Part shown: positions 1 to 11,437 of the stretch, one piece after another
Position numbering within the stretch: the first letter of the stretch is position 1
Layout: each line of letters opens with the position of its first letter
Assembly: GCA_030704615.1 (NCBI GenBank)
Contig: CM060731.1
Span: 64,108,001 to 64,172,000, forward strand
Source of the DNA: Takakia lepidozioides
Lineage: Eukaryota; Plantae; Bryophyta
Reading direction: 5' to 3'
DNA: 64,000 nucleotides
Translations under genes and position numbers: made by a program
Notes under the pieces: generated by a model
Databases searched by the model: none
Told to the model about the DNA's origin: nothing
What the model saw: only the letters and a program-made list of their open reading frames with translations

Positions 1-1410
1 ACATGGGGGTGAAGGTGACACTCTGTAGTGTTACAGAGGGTTACATGGGTTACAGAGGGTTACATGGTGGTAAGGGTTACATGGATTACAAAGGGTCACA
101 GAGGAATACATGGAGTGAGGGTTACATGGGAGTGAGGGAGACACTCTGCAGTGTTACAGAGGGTTACAAGGTGGTGAGGGTTACATGGGTTACAGAGGGT
201 TACATGGTGGTGAGGGTTACACCTGGTAAGGGTCACAGAGGGTTACATGGGTTACAGAGGGTCACATAGGGTTACATAGGGTTACATGGATTACAGAGGG
301 TTACATGGGTTACAGAGGGTTACATGGGTTACAAAGGGTTACATGGAGTGAGGGTTACATAGGGGTGAGAGTGACACTCTGCGGTGTTATAGAGGGTTAT
401 GGGTTACATAGGGTTACATGGTGGTGAGGGTTACACCTGGTGAGGGTTATAGAGGGTCACAGAGGGTCACAGAGGGTTACATGGGTTACAAAGGGTTACA
501 GAAGGTTACATGGAGTGAGGGTTACATAGGGGTGGGGGTGACACTCTGCGGTGTTACAAAGGGTTACATGGGTTGCAAAGTGTTATAGAGGGTTACACGG
601 AGTGAGGGTTACATAGGGGTGGGGGTGACACTCTGCGGTGTTACAGAGGGTTACATGGGTTACAGAGGGTTAGATGGTGGTGAGGGTTACACAGGGTCAC
701 ACAGGGTTACATGGGTTACAAAGGGTTACATGGAGTGAGGGTTACATAGGGGTGAGGGTGACACACAGCGGTGTTACAGAGGGATACACGGGTGTTACAG
801 AGGGATACACGGGTGTTACATGGGTTGCAGAGGGTTACAGAGGGTCACAGAGGGTTACATGGAGTGAGGGTTACATAGGGGTGAGGGTGACACTCAGCGG
901 TGTTATAGAGGGATACACGGGTTATAGAGGGTTACATGGTGGTGAGGGTTACACCTGGTGAGGATTACAGAGGGTCACAGAGGGTTAGATGGAGTGAGGA
1001 TTACATGGGGGTGAGGGTGACACTCTGCGGTGTTACATAGGGTTACATGGGTTACAGAGGGTCACAGACGGTTACATGGGTTACAAAGGGTTACAGAGGG
1101 TTACATGGAGTGAGGGTTACATAGGGGTGATGGTGACACTCAACGGTGTTACAGAGGGTTACATGGTGGTGAGGGTTACACTTGGTGGGGTTACAGAGGG
1201 TCACATAGGGTTATATGGAATTAGGGTTACATGGGGGTGAGGGTGACACTCTGCGGTGTTACAGAGGGTTACATGAGGGTTACACCTGGTGAGGGTTACA
1301 GAGGGTCATGGGGTTACATGGGTTGCAGAGGGTTGCAGAGGGTTACATGGTGGTGTAGGTTACACTCGGCGGAGTTACAGAGGGTTACATGGGGGTGAGG
1401 GTTAAACTGA
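1..1410. repeat. G-rich degenerate tandem repeat, core GGGTTACA(T/GA); subterminal satellite of MULE-A
   Basis: Continuous gggttacat/gagggttaca/gagggtgacactctgcggtgttaca units. The same array occurs at 45740-46920. ORFs here are repeat artefacts. Confidence 0.9.
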
Positions 1411-1625
1411 CGGACTGGTGTCGCAAAACGACGACGCAGGCGGCGACGACGCGCCGGGGGCGACGACGCCGATGGGATGAGAGCGGGTGTGGGGAGGGAT
1501 TGACTGAGCCCAACCGGCTGCCTTTCGATGGCTGCCGGAGGCGGAGAACCGGCGGTACGGGGTGTCAGGGCTGGACCGTCCTGACGCGCTCGTATTAAGT
1601 TCTTACATTATTCCTATTATCTTCC
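1411..1625 (+). mobile_element. Terminus (TIR) of Mutator-like element MULE-A, followed by 9-bp TSD ATATTCAAC (1626-1634)
   Basis: End sequence ...CTTACATTATTCCTATTATCTTCC is shared with the end at 47572; read inward it is GGAAGATAATAGG (G-starting, Mu-like). Comparison with the empty site at 61924-61946 defines a 9-bp TSD. Confidence 0.75.
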
Positions 1626-3630
1626 ATATTCAACAATGCTTGCAATATTTGCAAAATAACCTAGGGATAACCTAGCTACATAACACAAGTTTGCGAGCTC
1701 CAAAAAAGTAATAATTGTTGACGAGCACAATCTACTTTCGACCCAACGGCTGCCACAAATGATGGGCCTTGGCCAAAGCTTGAATAGGCATCAGTAGGCC
1801 TAGCAGGGTGGTGCCAATCAATTACCTCCCAGGTCTCGAGTGAGGTGGCCTAATGGGTTGGCCAGGTAATTATCCGTCACCCTTCGATTATTATTATTAT
1901 TATTCCAGAACAGGTGGGTAAGCAAAAATGTCGGTAGTTAAATGATTATACAATTACACCATGATGTCCAGGTATATGATATATCCGCACAACACTAAAC
2001 CAGGTAAATCGATTTTTGCTTATCCTCCAGGTAAGGGTAAATAGAAATCAGAGGATTATTTATCCTCTGGGTAAGGATAAATTATTTGTATGTCCATTTA
2101 TTTATCCTCCGGGTAAGGGTAAATTTTTTACATGTCCATTTACTTATCCTACGGGTAAAGGACAAATGCCATATTTTTTTTATCGGATAAGGATATATAC
2201 CGGGTAAGGATAAATAATTTACCCTTTTTTATACCCGCCGGGTAAATAAAGGATATATTGAAGGATATATAGTTTTTAACTAATTAATTAAGGTAATCAA
2301 TTTTTGGTCTATTTTTTGGTTTAGTATAAGGCTGATATGTTGTATCATATGTAGTGAATAATATGAGGAATAATCATGAGCGTGTCTCTTTACATCAAAG
2401 ATAATAATCAAACAAAATCAAATAAAACCATGTACGAGTGCCTCGTCCACGAAACTAGTGCCTCCGAGATCCAAGTAAAGATAATAATGAAACCAAAAAA
2501 AGTATGACAATGCAATGTAATATATAATTTCAAGGCTTATGGCTAATAATATGACATAATCACTATATCATCTCTATGAAGTGCTAAGATACACAAGGAG
2601 GAAGAAGTGCCAAAATACATGATAGTACCCTACATTTAATTAAGTTTACCCTTTTATATACTCTCAAACATTTAAATTTTGAAGTTTAAGGTAACAAACT
2701 ATCTTTTGAGAGAAGACATTCAAGGTCATATTGAGATGAACTTGACTCCAGCTGAAGGTCCGAACATGGATGAGTTTAGAAAGAAGAAGCTCAGAGCTCT
2801 CACTATCATCAATCTCTCTTTCTGATAAGATCATCCACTATGTCTCCCACTTGACTAAACCAAAGGCAGTTTGGGATGCTCTTGCCAAGATGTACGATGA
2901 CAAATCATCATCTAGGCAAATGGCAGTAAGGAATAAGCTTCAGAGCATGAAAATGACTGAAGATACTACAATGGAAGAATTCCTTGAAACCATCACTAGT
3001 CTTGTTGCCCAACTTGCTAGCTTGGGTGAAGAGGAGCACATTGTGGTAGAGACCATTCTGAATACATTGCCTGATTCATACCTTGCTTATGGAGATTCCA
3101 TCATGGCTCAGAGGGAGCTCCCAGATTTTGTAGAACTCACTTCAAAGTTGCTACACGAGGAAAGTCGAAGGGAGCTAAGAGGACGCAAATTGAGCCAGAA
3201 CGAAGTCATGTGGGTGAAGTTGAAACACTTTAATCACGCGTATAAGAGTACTCGGGGGGTCAGACTTGCCTCGACCATGAAATCATCAACTGGTACTTGC
3301 AACCGATGTGGTAAGGAGGGTCACTGGGCGAAGAAATATTGTTCGGTGCCATATGACGAAATTATCCGATCTCGATCCCAATAGGCCAACGTTGTGGAGG
3401 ACATGCCAGAAGAATCTGATGACGAAAATGGCGGTGATGTTGTCGAAATGCTTGAAATGGCGATGGCGGCACAGTGCACTTGACACACACGATGTTGTTT
3501 CTCCAAGGGATAGACATGCATCATGGATTATGGACTCGAAGGCAAGCAAGCATGGCACATACAACTCCAATATTCTTCGTAATATTGAAGTAGGTAGCAA
3601 CAATACTTCTAATGAATGCTCTGCTGGTGG
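1626..3630 (+). repeat. Segmental duplication, copy of 61929-64000
   Basis: Near-identical sequence from atattcaacaatgcttgc through the copia gag fragment. A short block differs (about 1881-1935 vs 62193-62298). Confidence 0.9.
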
Positions 3631-3748
3631 CACTTATCACTCACTGAGTGAGAGGGAAATGCCACACAAATGTACTCTCAAATGGATCAATAAAGTGAAT
3701 TACATATGTTTTGTACGTGCCTCGTATGACGAGAAATCACTTCGTTAG
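2700..3748 (+). pseudogene. Ty1/copia gag-protease remnant
   Basis: Copia gag-like SLSDKIIHYVSHLTKPKAVWDAL, zinc knuckle CNRCGKEGHWAKKYC, protease-like WIMDSKASKH; frameshifts and stops. Confidence 0.85.
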
Positions 3749-4859
3749 TCTGGTGAATCCAACCCAGGCACATCAGTCGCTCAATCCCAGGGTAAGGGGA
3801 AAGCAAAGAAGTGGACTGTCGTCCAGCAGGTGAGGGACGTGTTGCGAAGAAACCAACAAAGAAAGGTAGTAAGTCCTAAGTGTTCATGAACAAGGACCGA
3901 AAATTGGCATTCGAGACGGACAACGAAGTGGCTTTTCTGCTACAGATGCACAAATAAGTACAGTGGCTCTGCTCAGTCGTTAGAGTCCGTTGAGTCAGAT
4001 GAGACCGCTGGTGAGTATCATGCGTGTGCTGAGTCTGCTGCTCAGTCTTCTTTTATGCTTTATGAGTCTGCTCACTCGCACTCTGCTCCACCTCGACAGT
4101 CTGCTGAAGGCCATCTGCTGTGTGCAGAATGGGTTCTCGATTCAGGGCACTCATGTCTTGACATGTGGCGGTCGGCAATAGCATGATTGAGTTTAATGAA
4201 GGCGACCCCCGGTACCAGTGCCGCTTGGACCCGGAAGACATAAAGGCACTTGAGAAGGTTTAGTCTGAGTGCACATGTAGACTGCTGGAGATGTGGTGTC
4301 GCTTCTATGAGAAGTCGGTTGAGGAAGCGTACTCAAAGACTGTTGTTTTTCTGTCAATGTGCACTTGGTCTCTTATGAAGTTTAACGCAGACGGGCCACG
4401 TGAAAAGGCTAGTGGAGAATGTGCATGGGAACTGGAGCGTCGCTCGGCTGGGCAAAGACATCAAAGACTGCCATCATATAATGGTTGCGCTTGTGGACGA
4501 GTAAGATCTCCATCCTGAATTTGTTCTGTTCTGTCTCGCTGAGTCTTCTGAATCATTGCAGTTTGTTGAATCCGAATGTGGTTTGAATCCGGTCAGTCTG
4601 TTCAGTCTAGCCAGTCTGGTAAGTCTGGTCAGTCTCCCCTGTCAGGCCAGACTGGTCAGTCTGCTCAGTGTGGTCAGTCTGCTCAGTATGCCAGGTGCGT
4701 ATGCTTAGTATGCTGGGTATGCTGATGAGTATGCTGAGTATGCTGGGTATGCTGGTGAGTATGCAAGGTAAGTATGCTAAGAACAGCAGACTGACGAGGG
4801 GGCAAATTGCAGAGGGCACTAGAGTCTGATTGTCATCGACTTGTGGAAAGGCGCGTATA

Positions 4860-7500
4860 CTCATATGAACTCCAAGAGGGAATTGCATCATTGCTCATTT
4901 GTTCTGCCATGGATACGGAAGCTGCATGCAGAGTGTTTGGGCTACAAGGAGGGCACACCGCGGTGGGAGGAGGTTATGGCGTTTCAGTTCAACCAGCCAG
5001 AAGTCCCCCAATAGCCATTCATGCTTTGGGCACTACTGAGAGCGCAGTTTTGGGAATGATAGGAGGCACACCATAGGAGGCCTTTATCATATACGTATGT
5101 TTTCCAGCAATTGTAACGAAATAAAAAATGATGATGCCTTTGGTGGATGATGAGTACAATTTTGGACGTGTTCATCGGTCTGCTTCTGCACAATTGTGGA
5201 CTTGTGCTTGTATACTTGTGACCACTACAGTGTATGTTGTTAGGCGTCTTACCCATACACTACTCGACCACAAACAATCATTGACGCCCAATGTCTCATT
5301 CGTCTGTTGAACATACCATGGGAGTCCAGTGGTCAGCAGACTGCCGCCCTTGAGCAGACTGCCGATAATCAGTAGACTGGCGAGAGTCCGTAGACTGCCG
5401 TTGTTTCACAGACTCAGTAGACTGCCAGAGAGTCAGCAGACTGCCTGAGTATTTTCACATGTGAGCATACAGTCTCATTATGGGCAGACGGTGGACAGTC
5501 TGACAGACTGATAGAATACATGAAGACTGTCAAAGAGTCTGCTGGTCGACTTCCGCACTTGAGGAGTCTAGCGGAAAACGTACAGACCCGTCTGCTGGTC
5601 CATATAGTCTGATTGTCAGTCCGCCAGACTCCATAAGTCCTTTCGGCGGAGTGCTTGTGGACTTGGTGTGTTCAGAAGTCTGCTGGTGTAGGCAGTCTAT
5701 TCAACCGACCCTTGTGAGACTTAATGAGTCTGGTAGAGTTTGTTCAGTGTCTTATGCCGAAGAATCAGCTGGGAGACTTAGTCTGATGTGGGTGTCATGG
5801 GTCCACTGTGTAGTTCCGTATGAGTGGACTTATTGTACATGGAATGGAATGGGTCTGGGACTTTTATTTCACAAGGCAGAATGATAGCATAAGAATCTTC
5901 TGCATTATACTGTATTTTTTGTGCCAGAGAAACGATCTGAAACCTTGCGAATTGTGGAGTATATATGTGCTGCAAGTGTAGGGGCACACACCATTTTCGT
6001 AGTCCTCCTTAAAATTCTAGGCCGGGTTTTCCAGGCCTCCACGAAATCTCGTTTCATTTTCAAGGACATGTTGTTATTGTCATTCACAGGACGGAAAGTC
6101 TTTGCTGCCGCAGGGTGCAACATTCCCGCCGCACTTTTGGCCAGTATATCAATGAGTTGGCCTCTACAGATACGAAGACAAGACAAGACATGTGCCTCCA
6201 GGTATTTGTCATCACTGACAATCCGAAGTATGGTATGCTTCAATACTGGCATTTGTGTCTTGACTAATATGAGGAATGGCGCGTTGTTGTACACCACATT
6301 GCTATTTTGGGAGCCCAGTACTGGTTGATATATTGAAGAAATTCCAGACCTTTTGGATATTTCATCCTCATACGACGGATTCTCCTTTCAACCCACCGAA
6401 GCGCTCTTTTTGGGTTCCGTGGTCCACCTCTACAGTACATGAGATGTCCCATATTCTTCAACAAGTTTGCAGCGGTGATAGGATCCTTTGTTTTCTTGCA
6501 TGATTGCTTTGCCTAAGCCTTGCGGACATGCCCAAGGCACATGAATATGAGTACTCCGTCAAAAATAATTATGCACAACACCCATGTGCACATTAGACTC
6601 TTGAGAGGGGACTACATCAGTGGGACTGTAACAGCGGACTGTAAGAGTGGACTATGCCGGCGGACTGTATCAGTGGAGTGTGGCAGCGGACTGGCGCAGC
6701 AGACAAATACAATGGAGGGCCATACTGGACAGTACAATGCAATGATTGGCCAGTGGACTGACCCAGAGGACTCCCCAAGTGGACTGACCCAGTGGACATC
6801 GTTGCCCAGTGGACTCGCCCAGTGAACAATAGAATGCACTCCACTTACTAGGACGGCTGACCCACTTGACTTACCAGGAGGACTTCACATTGGACTTGCC
6901 CGTCAGGCTATTCCAGCGGACTCTATGAGCGGAGTGCCAACAGACTGCCACCGGATTGCATGAGCGGACATGTCTACAACAGACTTACTGAATAACGTTT
7001 ATTTCTGCCTCGGCATCGTCCACAATGAAGGCATTGGGTCACCAGTTCGGCATATCTGCAAAGAGTGAATCGCGCAAGGCTGTCATCCACGACACTAGGT
7101 CACTTGTACAATTCCTCGCGGATATGATATAGGCAACTGGTATACCGTTCAACCACTCGTCGAAGACAATCAACGTGTATAATGGGAACGAATCGATGGG
7201 AACTCGAATGGACAATGATAGATGGTCAGAGAATGCAAAGTCTGGCAAGTTGTGCACGGTCAGGCTCGGTCTTTCGTAGAAGACACATGAAAACATATAG
7301 AGAGGATTAGTGATACTATGCTATCGTGCTCCCACAAGTCCATGGAATCGAGTGAATAATACCTTGTCATAATTTGTCCCAAAGGTTGCATCGCATACAA
7401 CGATGCGGGCATGTCGTAATTCTAGCATTCGTCGTTTCTGCCCAAGAGTCTGAATGCCAATTGTGAAGGTCAAATCTCCATCAAAATGCTTGTATGTGTA
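4860..7500 (-). pseudogene. MULE-B: degenerate multi-exon Mutator-like transposase (At1g60560/SWIM-like family)
   Basis: Fragments IGIQT...VVCDATFGTNYDK (about 7465-7363), FPLYTLIVFDEWLNGIPVAYIISARN...NAFIVDDAEAEIN, MLKNMGHLMY, YINQYWAPKIAMW. Homologous to the MULE-A exons at 44.0-44.4 kb. Confidence 0.75.
6600..6985. repeat. Intronic short-motif array (AGTGGACT/GGACTG) in MULE-B; related AGACTG/CAGTCT arrays at about 4530-4800 and 5320-5790
   Basis: Repeated cagtggact, gcggactg and agcagactg units directly after the gtaagt donor at 6988. Confidence 0.7.
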
Positions 7501-8201
7501 AAATGAGAGGCTCCCCTAGTATATTTGGGGACTATTAAACTTTTTTAAAACTTTAAAAAAAAAAAGGGAAGGAGCCCTGAATATATTGCAGACGGTGAAA
7601 AAAAATAACCACCGTTGAGGCATTGGTGATACCGCCCCGTGATAGTCCATTACTAGGTAACCAGTTGAAATTGTTTACCTTTCATTTAAAAAAGAAAAGT
7701 TTTATTTTGTTCTATTTGTTATTTTTTTATTTTTTTATTTACAGGATTGGATGGAGCGGAACTTAGTAGTTCCGGTATATATGAGCATTTATTTTGTCTG
7801 TAGCGCGTGAGGCCAGCGAGAGAGAGACGAGAGGTCGCGGACCTGCTCTCACTCTCGCTCTCTTCTCGTCAGCTCGAGGCCTCGAGCGTCTGCGCTTACG
7901 TTTCACAGGCAAGCGGACGACATTTCTGTTCTCTATTGTGTGTCGTTTCGTATATGACATCGGGGGATTTTTCGTCATGTGCTAGTGGCAGTTTTAGCTC
8001 GATTCGTGCTTTAGGAGGACTGGAATCTGGTTCTACGGCTTTCTGTGCGTGTCTGTATGATCCGTGCTCAGGAAGGCAATCTGTGGTCCGATTTCATCCC
8101 CTGCGAGTGATTGGATGTGCAGGTGTGTGGATTCCGGGCGAAAAACACGGGGTGTGCGCCGGCTTGAGGAGAATCTGGAGGATCTGGTGACGTGTTCCGG
8201 C

Positions 8202-9379
8202 ATGGCAGAGAATAGGAAGTTCTTCACCCTCAAGCAGGTTGCAGAACACAAGAAAGAAGATGACTGCTGGTTTGTCATCCATGGCAAGGTATGTACTTTT
8301 GTTGATTTATGCGGCTGGTTTCCATTGAATGTGTACTTTCTGACTGAAGTAATGGTTTCAGAGTGTCCAATTTAAACAGAGATTGATGATCGGTTTGTGT
8401 CAGAACTGTAAAGTGAAACGCTTCAGGCGATCGTCCATATGTGCAGCTGGCCTGTCTATGCTCCGTTTTGATGGAATGATGTCTGCGAAGGTGTTTGTGT
8501 TACAGTGTGCTGATAAGTATTGGAAGCACAGTCCTATGTATGGTTTTGTGTGAAAGGATTGGTGCTTATGAAGGATAAGGAGCCTCGCTCCATTCATGAC
8601 GGTGGAATGTGTTCTGTTCTGTTCTGGAATGTGTTCGTTTGGAGGGTTAGTCTGGTGATCCTGTCAAATAACATCTGCAATAGCCACATACCCTCCCCCC
8701 CCCCTCGACCTTCTCATACCCAATGGTATCACAGGTGTACGATGTGACTCAATTTTTGAGCGAGCATCCCGGTGGTGAAGAGGTTCTTCTGCAAACTGCA
8801 GGTATGCATGTTCTGTATCTTGGAGACCATTCCTCTTCGTCCTAAATACTTTTCTTTCCTTTTGTGTCTGGGGATCTGTTTGTTTTTAAGCTCCAGCTGA
8901 TTTGTTGGCCAGCAGAAACTGACCTTATTTATCCATGTTTGGGTTGTGACTATAGGCATCATTGCACCAAGCAAACTTTTTAGTGGTTAGGTCCCTTTCA
9001 TGAGGCTTGCTGATGCTGATTCACTCGTGCAGCTGGGCAAAGCGATCCTCTATTTTCTGTGTGATTATTTCTTCATGTGTATCTGAGTTGTTTGTTGCTA
9101 CACCCCTTTGCAGGAACGGATGCTACTGATGAGTTTGAGGATGTCGGGCACAGTAACAGTGCTAAATTACAAATGGAATCTTTCTATGTGGGGGAGTGCT
9201 CAGAGCTGGGGGGAGGTAAGGGTGATCATGCAGATCCCATCCCAGACTTGAAGTCCACTACAGTAGCAAATTCAGGAGCACAAGTAAGCATTTTTAGTAA
9301 GATTCTCCAGTTTGTGGTGCCGCTTGTGCTTTTGGGAATTGCTGTAGCCATCAGAAACTATGGTAAAAAGGCTGTCTAA
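8202..9379 (+). CDS. CB5: Cytochrome b5, tail-anchored; exons 8202-8288, 8735-8801, 9114-9379 (139 aa)
   Basis: DDCWFVIHGK|VYDVTQFLSEHPGGEEVLLQTA|GTDATDEFEDVGHS heme-binding motifs, GT-AG introns in compatible phase, C-terminal TM helix. Confidence 0.95.
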
Positions 9380-11437
9380 GGTAGCTTTTTTAATGCAGCT
9401 AGGAGAAAGAGAAAGGCCTATTTGGGAAGGCTGCTGATGCACTTGCAAGCTCTTCCGTTGAGAGGCGAACTTTCCTACTGTATAGATTCATATTACCATA
9501 ACATTTCATTCCGTGGATACCACAACCTCTGTGCAAAAAGGGTGTGAGTAGGGTGTTAGTGCATTCAAGGCTGCCTGGGTGTCTCTACTTCGACTGCGTC
9601 TAAGCTTATTCCTAAGTGTCATATCAATGATTCTTTGAGAGATCTCATTCGGCACTTTGCATGCTTCTTGTCGGATGAAGCTACCACACTGACAAGGTAG
9701 TTGCTCGTTTTGTACCTAATAGTGGGTGGTAGAGTGGTGGTTGCTTGCGGGTGGTGAGCTGCATTATATCGGTCTGATTCTTCCAGAGGGTGAATGTTAT
9801 CATACAACTTACATGTATCAAGTCATTGCTCAAAAGGCAGTTGGTGCAGATTAAGCTTGTTGTATCTACAATGGTGTATGTGATGAGCTAGAAACCCATG
9901 TAAAAATTTAGTACCAAAATGATGAATTGTTAAACTGATGGAATCCTTACTCCCACGGAAGTTGCTCATGTAAAGCAATCCGTTTAAAGATGAGCTGTTA
10001 AAGTTTCTGAATTTTCTTCTGTTGTGGTTTTTTGAATGGGGAGTCTTAGGTTGATATTCCAGGTGAAGCTTTAAAGTGCAACAGAGGCTACCTGTCCAAT
10101 GTGGAGAGTTACTCTAGAACCTACCTTAGCACACTTCCCTTCGCTCTCCTGGCCGGGTTGGTGAAAAGTGGATTTATACCCAAGCTCCCAACCTGTATGG
10201 CAACAGGCACTGTCCACTCAAACACAGCTGTAATGCGTCGACATGGAGCTGTATGCAGTGTGATTCTCTTGCAACTGTGCTGTAGCCTTGCTAGGTAATT
10301 GATGTCAGTGGGCTCCGCCATTCTGTGTACTAGTTGGGGATTGTCGATTAGCTTTCGTCCCATGCTGTGGTGATCTCAGAACATAGCTCGGCGACACCGC
10401 ATACTCCAATCTGCTGCCCTCTTGTAAATGTGATACTGAAACTGGCTAATCTCTGATGCCATAAACATGATTGGCTTTGTTGTTGGTTCTTGCCCTTACC
10501 GCCTCCACACTCACCACAATTGTACCCAGCGCAGGTGGATACATGATACCACTTGGCATCAAGTTTGTGCAGATGCACATCATCACCTTCAAGTCATGAA
10601 GCCCAAGAGACAAGACAACAACAAACCTACAGACCATACCTGTTGTCTCCACATTGCCCTTCTTTGAGGAACTGCTGCATCGACCACGCCTTCTAGCAGC
10701 CCAACACCACTTCTTAGGACTGATGAAGAGACAGAAGAGAGACAGAGAAGCTGAGAAGATGAAGACCAACCCAGCAGAGAAAAAGATAGATTGGCTAACG
10801 AACGTGTATATATCTCAATTTTCATTCATCGCTGCTCTGTTCGGATTTGAACACTAGGTTGAAGATGAAAGAATTGGGCAACTGGAGCAGGCCCGAGGAG
10901 GACAGGAGGAGGAGAAACCCGTTTCTCTCTGAACTTTCGCATTCTCTGTCGTCGTGGCTCGGATTGTTGCTGTTCAAGATCTACAAGCACCTCTGCGTGT
11001 TTGCGAGTTAGACTGTGTTTCTGTTCAGTGCTGCGTTTTCTGGCGTGATGATGTGTTGATGACCATCTCGCAGGCCCTTCAGCTGGCGGCAGATATTTTC
11101 TTTTTTCCCTCCTTTTATAGCCGGTGTGTAGAGTGCATGGCATGGAGAGTGCACATATTTGCAGTTCCACTCTTTGGTCGTGAGGAGGAAAACAGGGTGC
11201 TGTGCAAATCGGAAGGCATAGATAAATTTGGGGAGATGGTCCATAGTTCTGCCTTGTAGTATGTTCACAGCTGGAAATCGAGATTCGGTTTTACTTGCTA
11301 GTGCAGTAGTGGCTGAGGAGCGTTGCCAGCCCAATAGCTGTTGCTGTTGATTGGATGCAACTTTTTGATCACTGAAGATATAGAACAATCTCGAGTAGGA
11401 CATGCCTCTGTGTGTCAAGGGAGGGAGTGATTAGGGT

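Noticed and set aside
1-1410. True telomere, or protein-coding ORFs 3..269 and 674..961
   Set aside because: Not TTTAGGG, an internal duplicate exists at 45.7-46.9 kb, and the ORFs are repeat translations.
10101-11418. Short ORFs between CB5 and CCX
   Set aside because: No recognisable domains or consistent splice structure; probably intergenic or CCX 5' UTR/promoter.
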